This document shows, piece by piece, positions 34,136 through 43,538 of a DNA stretch of 64,000 nt. Location of the stretch: assembly GCA_965224245.1 (NCBI GenBank), contig OZ245046.1, positions 2,080,001-2,144,000 on the forward strand, read 5' to 3'. The notes under the pieces were generated by a model that had not been told where the DNA came from, ran no database searches, and was given only the letters and a program-made list of their open reading frames with translations. The position numbers and the translations under genes are program-made. The DNA comes from Candidatus Eiseniibacteriota bacterium (GTDB lineage: Bacteria > Eisenbacteria > RBG-16-71-46 > CAZAMP01). Within the stretch, counting starts at the first letter, position 1. Every line of letters starts with the position of its first letter.

Positions 34136-34960
34136 CTACATGGCCCTCGCGCGATAGGCGGCACGGAACCGATCGGCCAGGTCGGCATCGCGCCCCTCGG
34201 CCCACTCCCCGACGCGTACCCACGCTCTCGCGTGAATGAACCGGTCCCGGTCCAGCGCCAGACCGACGTGGCTGGCCCGCTCGCCCTCACCCCAGAAGAT
34301 CACGTCGCCGGGGCGAAGGTCGGCCCGCTGGACGCGATCGCCGCGGGTGCGAAACCACTCCTCCTGCTGCCACGAATCGCGTGGCGCCGGCAGCCCGCCG
34401 GCGACCAGCGCCATCTGGACGAGGCCCGAACAGTCGACGCCGCTCGGCGTGCGCCCGCCCCATCGGTACGGGGTGCCCAGGAGCGCCGAGGCCAGCGCCA
34501 GCGACGTGGTTCCGACGTGAACGTCGTCGGCGTAGAACGGTCGTTCGGCGTCGGCGGGCACCTCGCCCGGCGTGCCGTCCGGGAGCACCACCGCATGTCC
34601 GCGGTGCGAGCGCCCTTCGCGGCGCAGGACGCCCCCGTACACCCAGGTCCGGATGGGGACCCCTTCGCGCGTGCGAACGATCGTCTCGCGCGCGCCGACG
34701 CGCACCGGAGACGGTCCGGGCCAGGTCGTGTCGACCCGGACGGTCTGCTCGGCGGGGACCCAGCCGGAGTATCGGTCGGGCATCGTCACGCGGAGCCACG
34801 TGTCGCCGTCCACGACGCGGACCTCCCCGACGTCGAGGGGCTCGCCGCCGAGCGCTTCCGAGACGCGCTCGGTCGCGCGGCTCGGCTCTCTTCGGAGCGC
34901 GACCAGCCCGACGTTGGGCGCCACGCGGGAGGTGTCGTTCCAATCGGTTGGTGATGTCAT
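34136..34960 (-). CDS. NlpC/P60 cell-wall peptidase with N-terminal SH3-like domain
   Basis: LGTPYRWGG, GVDCSGLV, PRDSWQQ, SHVGL, FIHA; DRYSGWV SH3-like motif. Confidence 0.9.
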   Translation of the reverse strand: MTSPTDWNDTSRVAPNVGLVALRREPSRATERVSEALGGEPLDVGEVRVVDGDTWLRVTMPDRYSGWVPAEQTVRVDTTWPGPSPVRVGARETIVRTREGVPIRTWVYGGVLRREGRSHRGHAVVLPDGTPGEVPADAERPFYADDVHVGTTSLALASALLGTPYRWGGRTPSGVDCSGLVQMALVAGGLPAPRDSWQQEEWFRTRGDRVQRADLRPGDVIFWGEGERASHVGLALDRDRFIHARAWVRVGEWAEGRDADLADRFRAAYRARAM

Positions 34961-36330
34961 CGGAACACCTGTACCAAGTGATAGTCGCCGAGGCCGATCT
35001 CGTCGACGAACCGGAATTCGCGCCCGAGCGCCGCGTAATACCACACCTCGACCCACGGGCGCCCGCCGCTGGACGGAGTCCGGTCGATTCGATCAGGGTG
35101 TCCGTTCTGAAGCAACACGAAACCGCGATCGGTCTTCCAGCCCGGCTGCGTTCCCGTGCCGAAGTGCTGGTTCGCGAAGCGCAGCCGTCGAAAGAAGTCG
35201 TCGCGGTACTCGTTGGTCGGCGTGCTCGGATCCGGATCCCGCTCGGCCCAGAACGCGGCCCAGGCCTCGGCGCGATCCTCGGGGGCGACGTTGCGCAGTT
35301 CGTCCAGCTCGTCGTCGCTCGCGATCGCGTCGATGATCTCCAGCGTCTCGCTGAAGCCGGTACGCAGCGAGAGCAGCGACTCGTCGGCGCTGAACCAGAT
35401 CTCGCGGTAGATCTCGTGGCTCTCTCGCGGGATCTTGACGCTCACCTCGACCCGGTAGTCGCCGAAGCCGAGGCTTCCCGTGTCGAGGGGCAGCATCACC
35501 AGCGTGCGGAACCCCTCGCAGGGCAGCTCCTCGGTCCGCGCCTGGAGCGTGCGCTCGTAGTCGTCCACGAGCCGATAGCTCACCCGGTAGCGCTCGCGGC
35601 AGCCGTGGGGCGCGTAGAGCTCCCCGACCAGGGTCAGCGACGTGGCGTCCCGGCCCACCACGCGGCTCACGATCGGGAACCCGAGATCGCCGGCCGGTCG
35701 GGCCACGATGCGACTCGCCGGCTCGGCCGATAGATACATCGTGCTCAGGGTGAACGGGGACTCCGAGATCGAGTCGATCCGGAGATCGCGCTTCACGCGC
35801 GAACGCCGTTCGGTTCCGGGTTGTCCGAGCTCCACCTGGAGCTGATACCGGCCCGGGTCGAGCCGGATGGGAATGACCTGCAGCACGTGCCGATCCTCGG
35901 ACACCGGATCGTCCACCGTGACCGACTGGGTCAGGACGTCGCCGTCCACCTGCGTGCCGCCGCGCCGAACCTGCCACGCCACCACGTACTCGGTGGACGT
36001 CTCCCCGGGCTCGAAGAACAGGTGCGTGACCGCCAGGTCGAGTGTGATCCAGACCGTGCCCTGGTCGCTGCCCTCGGTGTGGAAGACGAGAACGTCGGCC
36101 GTGAAGGGGTGGTTGCCGGCCGCCTCGAGAGGCGGCGGCTCCGCCCCCGCGGGACGGGGGCCGCCGATTGCGATCAGGGCCGCCAGAACAGCGACGCCGA
36201 GCGCGTGGTGGCCGCTCCACCGTCGCGCACGCGGCCCGGCGCGGCGCGAGGGGTGGCGACGCCGTCCGCGCCGAATGCCGGGGATCCGGTGCGCCGGCGT
36301 CGAAACGTCCGCTGTCGACATCGAGGTCAC
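34957..36330 (-). CDS. GWxTD domain-containing exported protein
   Basis: FWAERDPDPSTPTNE..FFRRLRFANQHF..GWKTDRG..GHPD; signal-peptide-like segment. Start uncertain. Confidence 0.88.
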   Translation of the reverse strand: MTSMSTADVSTPAHRIPGIRRGRRRHPSRRAGPRARRWSGHHALGVAVLAALIAIGGPRPAGAEPPPLEAAGNHPFTADVLVFHTEGSDQGTVWITLDLAVTHLFFEPGETSTEYVVAWQVRRGGTQVDGDVLTQSVTVDDPVSEDRHVLQVIPIRLDPGRYQLQVELGQPGTERRSRVKRDLRIDSISESPFTLSTMYLSAEPASRIVARPAGDLGFPIVSRVVGRDATSLTLVGELYAPHGCRERYRVSYRLVDDYERTLQARTEELPCEGFRTLVMLPLDTGSLGFGDYRVEVSVKIPRESHEIYREIWFSADESLLSLRTGFSETLEIIDAIASDDELDELRNVAPEDRAEAWAAFWAERDPDPSTPTNEYRDDFFRRLRFANQHFGTGTQPGWKTDRGFVLLQNGHPDRIDRTPSSGGRPWVEVWYYAALGREFRFVDEIGLGDYHLVQVFR

Positions 36331-36337
36331 TCCGATC

Positions 36338-37219
36338 TCATCCGTATGCGCGCCGGACGGTCTCTGTCAGCAGTCGGCGAAACGAGGCCGAAACCTTACC
36401 CGCGATCTCGGTGACCTCGTCGTGTGTGAGCTTGTGGGGCGAGAGGCCCGTGCCGAGGTTGCTGATGCACGAGATGGCCAGCACCTCCGGACCCGACAGT
36501 CGCGCCGCGATCGCCTCGGGCACGGTGGACATGCAGGCCGCATCGCCCCCCAACCACCGGTACAGCCGGACCTCGGCCGGGGTTTCGTACGAGGGACCGC
36601 GTCCGAACACGAGACACCCTTCGCGAAGCGCGATTCCGGTCGCGGCCGCCGCCTCGTGGGCGGCCGCGCGCAGACGTGGCGAGTAGAGCCAGTCACCGCC
36701 GAGTGCATCCCCACGGGCACCGCCGCGGCCCGCGGGCACGAGCGAGGCGACGTCGCCGCCGGCGATCGTCGGGGTCAGCCCGAGGCTGATGTGGTCGGCC
36801 ACGAGCATCAGGCTTCCGGGCGTCAGATCCGACCGCATCGCGCCGGCCGCGTTGGTCAGCACGACGCCCCGCACCCCGAGGGCGGCCATCACGCGCACCA
36901 TGTGCGTCACGGCCCCTGCGTCGTATCCCTCGTACCGATGTACGCGCCCCTGGAGCACCACGACCGGCACGCCCTCGACCCGACCCGCCACCACCCGACC
37001 CGCGTGACCGGCGACGGTGCTCACCGGCACGTGGGGCAGCGCGTCGGTCGGGACCGCGCGGGCGTCGTCCAGGGCGTCGGCGAACGGGCCCAGGCCCGAG
37101 CCGAGGACGACGCCGGCCCGGGGCTCGGCCTCGTCGGAGAGGCCGAGCGCGTCCCGCACCGCATCGGCGGTCTCACGAACCCGACGAGGCGGGACGACCC
37201 GGTCCAACGCGACCTCCAC
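36338..37219 (-). CDS. Purine-nucleoside phosphorylase (trimeric PunA/XapA type)
   Basis: VVLGSGLG, STVAGHAG, QGRVHRYEG, LTNAAG, GPSYETPAE, MSTVPE. Confidence 0.93.
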   Translation of the reverse strand: MEVALDRVVPPRRVRETADAVRDALGLSDEAEPRAGVVLGSGLGPFADALDDARAVPTDALPHVPVSTVAGHAGRVVAGRVEGVPVVVLQGRVHRYEGYDAGAVTHMVRVMAALGVRGVVLTNAAGAMRSDLTPGSLMLVADHISLGLTPTIAGGDVASLVPAGRGGARGDALGGDWLYSPRLRAAAHEAAAATGIALREGCLVFGRGPSYETPAEVRLYRWLGGDAACMSTVPEAIAARLSGPEVLAISCISNLGTGLSPHKLTHDEVTEIAGKVSASFRRLLTETVRRAYG

Positions 37220-38945
37220 GTGGTCTCTGGATGCCGAACTTCTTCATCTTGTACCGCAGGTTTCGCTCGGAGATCCCCAGCTCGCCGGCGGCGCGCGTCT
37301 GGATCCAGTCGTGCTTCTCGAGGGCCTGAACCAGCGCCGTCTGTTCGAGATCCTCGAGGGTGGCCCCGTCCAGGGAGAGCGAGCGTCCATCCCCGTCTCC
37401 GGCGGCCCGTACCTCGGGAGAGAGCAGATCGACGTCGATCGTCTCGTCCTGACTCAGCACCAGGGCGCGGGAGATCACGTTCTCGAGCTCTCGTACGTTG
37501 CCCGGCCAGTCGTACTTGCAGAGCGCATCCAGCGCGGCCGGCGTCAGCCGGCGCCCGGGGCTCTCGAACTGCTGTCCCAGCGTGGACAGAAAGTGATCGG
37601 CCAGGAGCGGGATGTCCTCGGGACGGTCGCGGAGCGCGGGCAGCGTCAGCTCGATCACCTTGAGCCGGTAGTAGAGGTCCTCGCGGAATCGCTTCTCGGC
37701 GATCGCGTTCTCCAGGTCGATGTTGGTGGCGGCGATGATCCGGACGTCCACGTCGATGGACTTGCGTCCCCCGACGCGCTCGAACTGCTTCTCCTGGACG
37801 ACGCGGAGCACCTTGGCCTGCACGACGAGGCTCATGTCGCCGATCTCGTCCAGGAACAGCGTGCCTCCGTTCGCCTGCTCGAACTTCCCGGCACGCCCCT
37901 CCACACCGGTGGCGGTGCCCTTCTCGATCCCGAAGAGCTCGGACTCGATCAACGTCTCGGGCAACGCCGCGCAGTTCACCGACACGAAGGGACCCGTGCG
38001 CGTGCCCTGGTAGTGGATGACCTTCGCGATCAGCTCCTTGCCGGTGCCGTTCTCTCCCCGGATCAAGACGCTGACCGGTTTTCGTCCCACTCGTTCGGCC
38101 AGGGCGAACACGTCGCGCATGGGTCGCGATCGGCCGATGATCCCGTGGAACGAGAACCGATCGGAGACCTCGGCGCGCAGGCGCGCGTTCTCCTCGGCCA
38201 GGCGAGATTCCTCGTGGCGCACCCGGGCGAACGCGAGGGAGTTGCGGAACGCCACGCCGGCATGGTCGCAGAACATGCGCAGGAAGGTGCGATCGGACTC
38301 GTCGAAGAGACCCTTCACCGAGCGGCTCTCGAGATACACGACGCCGTAGACCTCGCCGTCCAGCAGGATGGGCGCGGCGAGGACCGAGAGGATCTGCAGC
38401 GCGACCACGGACTGCTTCGAGCGCAGCGCGTCGTCGTCGAGCGCGTTTCGCGTGTAGTACGGCTCGCGGGTCTCGCGCACCTTCGCGACCACGGTCTGGC
38501 TGATCTCCCGCTCGGCGCCCTCGATCGTCTGCTGGTCCACGTTGCGGGCGGCCCGGATCACGAGATCGTCGCCGGCGCTCAGGAAGAAGAACCCGCGCTC
38601 GGCGCGCGAGTGCTCGATCACGAGATCCATGACCACGTCGAACAGCTCGTCCTCTTCGAGGACGGCCGACAGCGTCCGTGTCACCTCGAGGATCGTCCGC
38701 GCCATCGTCTCCGCCGCGCCGTCGCCGCCGGGCGCCTCGGTCCGGAGCTCGGGGAGCAGCGTCTCGCGTCCCTCACGCAGCAGCTGGTCCAGCCGACTCA
38801 GGGCCAGCCGGACCGTCTCGATCTCCGACCCGGTGATCGGCGCGTTCGGGTCCACCCCAGAGGCGAACTCGGCGGCCCGTCGCACGAGGCGATGCGCCTG
38901 ATCGATCAGCTGGTCGAGACGCGCGAGCGCATCGGTGGACGACAT
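37173..38945 (-). CDS. GAF-domain sigma54-interacting transcriptional regulator (Fis HTH)
   Basis: GAF region, GENGTGKE, NCAAL, ESELFG, GTLFLDEIG, FREDLYYRL, WPGNVRELEN, HTH. Confidence 0.92.
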   Translation of the reverse strand: MSSTDALARLDQLIDQAHRLVRRAAEFASGVDPNAPITGSEIETVRLALSRLDQLLREGRETLLPELRTEAPGGDGAAETMARTILEVTRTLSAVLEEDELFDVVMDLVIEHSRAERGFFFLSAGDDLVIRAARNVDQQTIEGAEREISQTVVAKVRETREPYYTRNALDDDALRSKQSVVALQILSVLAAPILLDGEVYGVVYLESRSVKGLFDESDRTFLRMFCDHAGVAFRNSLAFARVRHEESRLAEENARLRAEVSDRFSFHGIIGRSRPMRDVFALAERVGRKPVSVLIRGENGTGKELIAKVIHYQGTRTGPFVSVNCAALPETLIESELFGIEKGTATGVEGRAGKFEQANGGTLFLDEIGDMSLVVQAKVLRVVQEKQFERVGGRKSIDVDVRIIAATNIDLENAIAEKRFREDLYYRLKVIELTLPALRDRPEDIPLLADHFLSTLGQQFESPGRRLTPAALDALCKYDWPGNVRELENVISRALVLSQDETIDVDLLSPEVRAAGDGDGRSLSLDGATLEDLEQTALVQALEKHDWIQTRAAGELGISERNLRYKMKKFGIQRPRGGRVGPGRPASSGS

Positions 38946-39001
38946 GGCGAGACCTTCCCCTTTCCGATGACGCGCCCGGTCAGTGAGCGGCCGGGGCGCG
39001 C

Positions 39002-40186
39002 TCAGGTGACGCGGAGCCGCTCCCAGACCCGTCGTGGCCAGTCTCGCACGCCACGCACGCGTGCGCGCACGCTTCCCGACGCCGGCACGCCCGCCGCCGC
39101 GCAGTCGAGCAGTCCCAGGAGGCCGACCAGCGTCGAGTCGTCGTGCGCCGCGGGGGCGAACGCGTCGGGCACCCGGGCGCGACGGACCGACGTCCGCGCG
39201 ACGCGCTCGGCGCGCTCGGTGGCGCCGGGGGCCTCGGCCGGCACACCGGCGATGACCCAGCCGCCGATCGTCGGCGGATGCTCGAGCCCCGCCCAGGTGT
39301 TGTCGAGGGCGCGACGAGCGGCCTGAAGCGTATCGTCGATGAAGTCGGCCACGATCCGCGAGAGCGGATCGCCGGCCGGCGAGACCGGCATCGTGGGCAC
39401 CCGCCGACGCGCCTCGTCGGGCGTCATGGGAACCTCCAGCGCCAGCGCACTGGCCAGGGCCGAGAATCCCGGCTCGATGCTGCGATGGTAATAGAGACGG
39501 CGATCGCTGAAGACCGACAGCCGTGACGCGTCCCAGGCGATCTCGAGGTGTGCGGTCCCCTGGCGTCGCTCGTAGTCGGTCAGCGCGAACGGTGCCGCCG
39601 CCACGGACCCGAGCACGAGCTCGGCGCCGGTCAGCCCCAGCTCGTCGAACACGTCCTGGTAGTCGGCGTACGGGGCGGACTGCGCGTAGATCCCCAGCGC
39701 CTCGATGCCGAGCACGTCGCCCCGGAGCCCGACCGGGTTGTCGGTCTCGCGGTACTCGTCCAAAACGAAACGCCACGGCAGCACCTGCAGGAGCGCCCGA
39801 TCGTCGGCGGCCCGTCTCGCGGTGTCGTGGACGAGGCGTGCGACGTCGTCGTCGGTCAGAGGACCGCCGGGCGGCAGCTCGCAGGATCGGGTCAGAAACT
39901 GGATCTCGATGAACGATCCGTGCACCCCGCACACGATCCGGTCGAGGGGCTGCGTCGCCGAGACGCGCTCGAGGCTCGTGACCAGGCGATCGAGGGCGTC
40001 GGCGAAGGCGGCGGCGTCGGCCACCGTCCCACCCCTGAGGCCCGCGCTCTCGGTCTGCTCGACGAAGTCGAGGGTTGCCAGGCGTCCCTCGCGTGCGCGA
40101 CCGACTGCCAGCGTGAGCTTGTCCTCGTCGAAGGTCAGGGCCGCGATCTTCCGCGAGCGCTCCGGATCACGTGAGGACAACGGCAT
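39002..40186 (-). CDS. Divergent FtsA-like protein
   Basis: SAGLRGGTV, VCGVHG, QVLPWRFVLD..NPVGLRG (SHS2/1C-like), AAAPFALTDYERRQG match FtsA; phosphate-loop motifs are degenerate. Confidence 0.7.
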   Translation of the reverse strand: MPLSSRDPERSRKIAALTFDEDKLTLAVGRAREGRLATLDFVEQTESAGLRGGTVADAAAFADALDRLVTSLERVSATQPLDRIVCGVHGSFIEIQFLTRSCELPPGGPLTDDDVARLVHDTARRAADDRALLQVLPWRFVLDEYRETDNPVGLRGDVLGIEALGIYAQSAPYADYQDVFDELGLTGAELVLGSVAAAPFALTDYERRQGTAHLEIAWDASRLSVFSDRRLYYHRSIEPGFSALASALALEVPMTPDEARRRVPTMPVSPAGDPLSRIVADFIDDTLQAARRALDNTWAGLEHPPTIGGWVIAGVPAEAPGATERAERVARTSVRRARVPDAFAPAAHDDSTLVGLLGLLDCAAAGVPASGSVRARVRGVRDWPRRVWERLRVT

Positions 40187-40276
40187 CTCGCCCCTGTGTT
40201 TCGCGCGTACGTGCGCGTTTTCGCCGGCCGCCGCCGTCACCGGTCCCGGCGCGGCCCGGGCGGCGCGCACCAGCCG

Positions 40277-40307
40277 TTGACCCGCAAACCCGTGGGACTG
40301 CTAGAAT
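40277..40307 (+). promoter_or_regulatory. Putative extended -10 promoter for the DUF362 gene
   Basis: TTGACC-19 nt-TAGAAT preceded by TG. Confidence 0.45.
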
Positions 40308-40370
40308 GACCGGCTTCGAAGGACACGTCAGCCGCAATTTAGCCTATTCGGCGATGAGGAGTACAGCCCC

Positions 40371-41486
40371 ATGGCGAAGTCCAAGGTCGTGGTGATCAAG
40401 ACGACACCCGAAACCGTCGTGGACGACTACGTGCGCGGCATGAAGCTCGCGGGCGTGGACACGGCGATCGACAGGTCGGCCACGACCATTCTGAAGGACA
40501 ACATCTCCTGGCACTTCCCGTTCCCGGGCGCGAACACGACGCCCTGGCAGCTGGAAGCGGCCATCGTGGGGTTGAGATCGTTCGGGAACGCCGACCTCGT
40601 GTGCGTGCAGAACAAGACCGTCGTCACCGACGCCCACAAGGGCGAGCGACTCAATCACTACGACTCGGTCTTCGAGGCCTACGACCTGCCCGTCCTCTAC
40701 AACTTCAAGAAGTCCGACATGACCTGGTCGACGTACCAGCCCAAGGCTCGGATGCGGATCCTCCCTCACATCTATCCCGAGGGGATCCTGATTCCCGACT
40801 ACTTCTTCGGAAAGAACATCGTCCACCTCCCCACCGTGAAGACGCACATCTACACGACCACCACCGGCGCCATGAAGAACGCGTTCGGGGGTCTCTTGAA
40901 CACGCGGCGGCACTACACGCACAGCGTCATCCACGACACGCTGGTGGATCTGCTCGCGATCCAGAAGGAGATCCACCCCGCGGTGGTGGCGATGATGGAC
41001 GGAACCACCGCGGGATCGGGACCGGGGCCGCGCACGATGACGCCGCACGAGAAGGACGTGATTCTCGTCTCCACCGACTCGGTGGCCATCGACGCCATCG
41101 CGGCCAAGATGATGGGCATCGATCCGATGAGCCTGAAGTACATCGCGCACGCGCACGAGGACGGGCTCGGCTGCGGCGACGTCCGCGACGTCGAGGTGAT
41201 CGGCGAGGACATCTCGAACGTGAACTGGAAGTTCAGCGTGGGCAACAACGGAGCCAGCCGCGTGGGCAACGTGATGTGGTTCGGGCCGCTCAAGTCGATC
41301 CAGAAGGTGTTCTTCCACACGCCGCTGGTGAACGTGTTCGTGATGGGGTCGTTCCTGTACCACGACTACGTCTGGTGGCCGACGTACGGCACGCGCATCT
41401 TCTCGGAGTGGCGAAAGACCAAGTGGGGCCGCCTGTTCGATCAGTACCAGTCGTCGGTGCCCTCCCGCCCGACAGCCGCCTCGTAG
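40371..41486 (+). CDS. DUF362 domain-containing protein
   Basis: ILKDNISW, LPTVKTH, TTGAMKNAFGG, MDGT..G.GP, DSVAIDAIAAKMMG. Confidence 0.8.
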   Translation: MAKSKVVVIKTTPETVVDDYVRGMKLAGVDTAIDRSATTILKDNISWHFPFPGANTTPWQLEAAIVGLRSFGNADLVCVQNKTVVTDAHKGERLNHYDSVFEAYDLPVLYNFKKSDMTWSTYQPKARMRILPHIYPEGILIPDYFFGKNIVHLPTVKTHIYTTTTGAMKNAFGGLLNTRRHYTHSVIHDTLVDLLAIQKEIHPAVVAMMDGTTAGSGPGPRTMTPHEKDVILVSTDSVAIDAIAAKMMGIDPMSLKYIAHAHEDGLGCGDVRDVEVIGEDISNVNWKFSVGNNGASRVGNVMWFGPLKSIQKVFFHTPLVNVFVMGSFLYHDYVWWPTYGTRIFSEWRKTKWGRLFDQYQSSVPSRPTAAS

Positions 41487-41494
41487 GCGTCGAC

Positions 41495-42652
41495 GTGTCT
41501 CCTCGGAATCCGGATGGTGGCGTGCTCCGGTGCGCTCGGCGCCGCCGGTGGGGCCCTCGCGGCGCCCCTCTCCGGGCGACTGCGCCCCTCCTCGCGCTGG
41601 CGGCGACGCTCGCCGGGATCCCGCGCGAGGCGAGCGCCGGCGCGGCCGACGAGGCCGTCATCGCGCCGCTCCGGACCCGCGTCGACAACGAGCTCTATCC
41701 CCTGGCCGGCACGCGCTGGGGCGGGATCGACCTGAACCGGCGCTCCGGCTTCATCGAGTGGCAGCGCCGCAGCGCGCCTCCCGAGCTCTGGCGGGAGATC
41801 GCGCACACGTGCTCGACGCTCGTGGCGATCATGCCCACGGCCGCCGCGCGCCAGGAGCTCGTGGGGCTTCACCTGGCGGCCGCCGCGTACCCGTGGCTCC
41901 TCGATCCCGGGTTCGGCGACGACGCCTGGGCCGACATGATGGCCGCCCAGTCCCGCCTCTTCGAGGCCTGGCTGGACGTGTACCCCGACGTCCTGGATCC
42001 CGAAGGTCCCCAGCGGAGCGGCGCCCCCGGCGGCATCCGGCAGATGACGATGGCGATGTCGGCCCTCCGCTCGACGACCCCCCCGCCTCCCTCGGAGGAC
42101 GACCCCAACCCGCGCGAGCGCGTGTACTGCATCGAGTTCGCCGAGGGGGTGTCGGTCCTGGACCCGACCCTCTTCGCATGGCTCACCGTGCAGGTCATGC
42201 ACACCTTCGTGGACCGCGCCACCGGGTTCGACTGTCCGTGCGTGTACGACAACGCGATGTGCTTCTGGGTGGATCTCTTCGACGCACGTCACGACGAGCA
42301 GCCCTGGTCACCGTACGTGGAGACGGTTCGTGAGCGCGTGGCGCGGTCGTGGAGGCTCGATCGCGCTCGCATCCTGCGCTGCATCCGGCGCGGCTACGAG
42401 CAGATCGGCTCGGAGATGGACCTGGCCGGGATCGATCGCGGCGACGTGCTCGCGCTCGCGCTGGCCGGATCCGCCGAGCGCAACCGGTACCTTCGCTGGT
42501 GCGGCCTGCCCTCGAGATCGGGGACGTTCCCGGCGAATCCGGACGCGTTCTATCTGCCGTCGCCCGATGAGATCCGGGCCATCCTGGCCGGCGCCGATGC
42601 GGAGACGGTGACGTTCCCGACCCTCGACGCGTGGTGTCCGGGCGCCGAGTGA
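41495..42652 (+). CDS. Hypothetical (possibly secreted) protein
   Basis: GC3-biased frame downstream of DUF362; hydrophobic leader ending ASA. No family recognised; start uncertain. Confidence 0.6.
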   Translation: MSPRNPDGGVLRCARRRRWGPRGAPLRATAPLLALAATLAGIPREASAGAADEAVIAPLRTRVDNELYPLAGTRWGGIDLNRRSGFIEWQRRSAPPELWREIAHTCSTLVAIMPTAAARQELVGLHLAAAAYPWLLDPGFGDDAWADMMAAQSRLFEAWLDVYPDVLDPEGPQRSGAPGGIRQMTMAMSALRSTTPPPPSEDDPNPRERVYCIEFAEGVSVLDPTLFAWLTVQVMHTFVDRATGFDCPCVYDNAMCFWVDLFDARHDEQPWSPYVETVRERVARSWRLDRARILRCIRRGYEQIGSEMDLAGIDRGDVLALALAGSAERNRYLRWCGLPSRSGTFPANPDAFYLPSPDEIRAILAGADAETVTFPTLDAWCPGAE

Positions 42653-42680
42653 GCGCCGGCGACGGGGAGCGTGCCGGCGG

Positions 42681-43538
42681 TCACGTCGAGGCCGGCTTGC
42701 GGGCCACGACGGCGAACTCGGACGCCGCGGGATCGAACTCGCCTCCGGCCACGTCCCCGAGAACCTCCTCGACGACGAGACCGCTCCCCTCGACCTCACG
42801 CGTGAGCGCACCCGGATCGTAGTGCTGGAGCCAGTTGTAGACGACCCGTACCCGCGCCGGCTCCACGATCGTGTACCGGTCGAGCACCACTTTCTCCGCG
42901 TCGTACTTGAAGGTGCGGAGGAAACCGAAGTACGGCTCGGGCGACCAGAACCCCCCGAGGAGATCGCGGCCGACCTCGAGGCGCTCCTCCCGGCGCTCGA
43001 ATGCGCCGAGCGACACGACGTCGAGGAGGAGCGCTCCGCCCGGCTCCAGGATCGCCTGGAACACGTCCAGCAGGCGGCGTCGCTGAACGGGACCGAGCGC
43101 GCAGAAGTCGCACATGATCATCGTGACGAGGTCGAACCGTTCACTCCATCGGTGCTCGAGGTAGTCGGCGTGAACGTGATCGACCGAGACCCCCCGGCGC
43201 CGGGACAGCTCGCGCGCGTATCGGATCGAGCGCTCGGAGAAGTCGATTCCGTGCACGCGAGCGCCGGCGGCCGCGAGCCGCGTGGTATAGAGCCCCGGCC
43301 CGCAGCCGAAGTCGGCCACGCGGGCGCCGCCCCCGAGTGCGAACCGATCGGCGATCCAGGCCGCGGACCGATCGATGAACGCCCCCGATCGCGACGCCAG
43401 GTCGCTCGTTCCGTCCAGGTGACACTCCAGCATCCGGGCCGACGTGTGTGGATCGGTCCAGAGCTCGGCGACCGTGTGAACCTCGAACGGTGCCGGTCGC
43501 GCGTCGATGCTCTCGAGCGCGCCGTAGAGGTCGTTCAT
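42681..43538 (-). CDS. Class I SAM-dependent methyltransferase
   Basis: VADFGCGPGLY, GIDFSERSI, FDLVTMIMCDF; ATGA overlap with the ABC permease. Confidence 0.88.
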   Translation of the reverse strand: MNDLYGALESIDARPAPFEVHTVAELWTDPHTSARMLECHLDGTSDLASRSGAFIDRSAAWIADRFALGGGARVADFGCGPGLYTTRLAAAGARVHGIDFSERSIRYARELSRRRGVSVDHVHADYLEHRWSERFDLVTMIMCDFCALGPVQRRRLLDVFQAILEPGGALLLDVVSLGAFERREERLEVGRDLLGGFWSPEPYFGFLRTFKYDAEKVVLDRYTIVEPARVRVVYNWLQHYDPGALTREVEGSGLVVEEVLGDVAGGEFDPAASEFAVVARKPAST

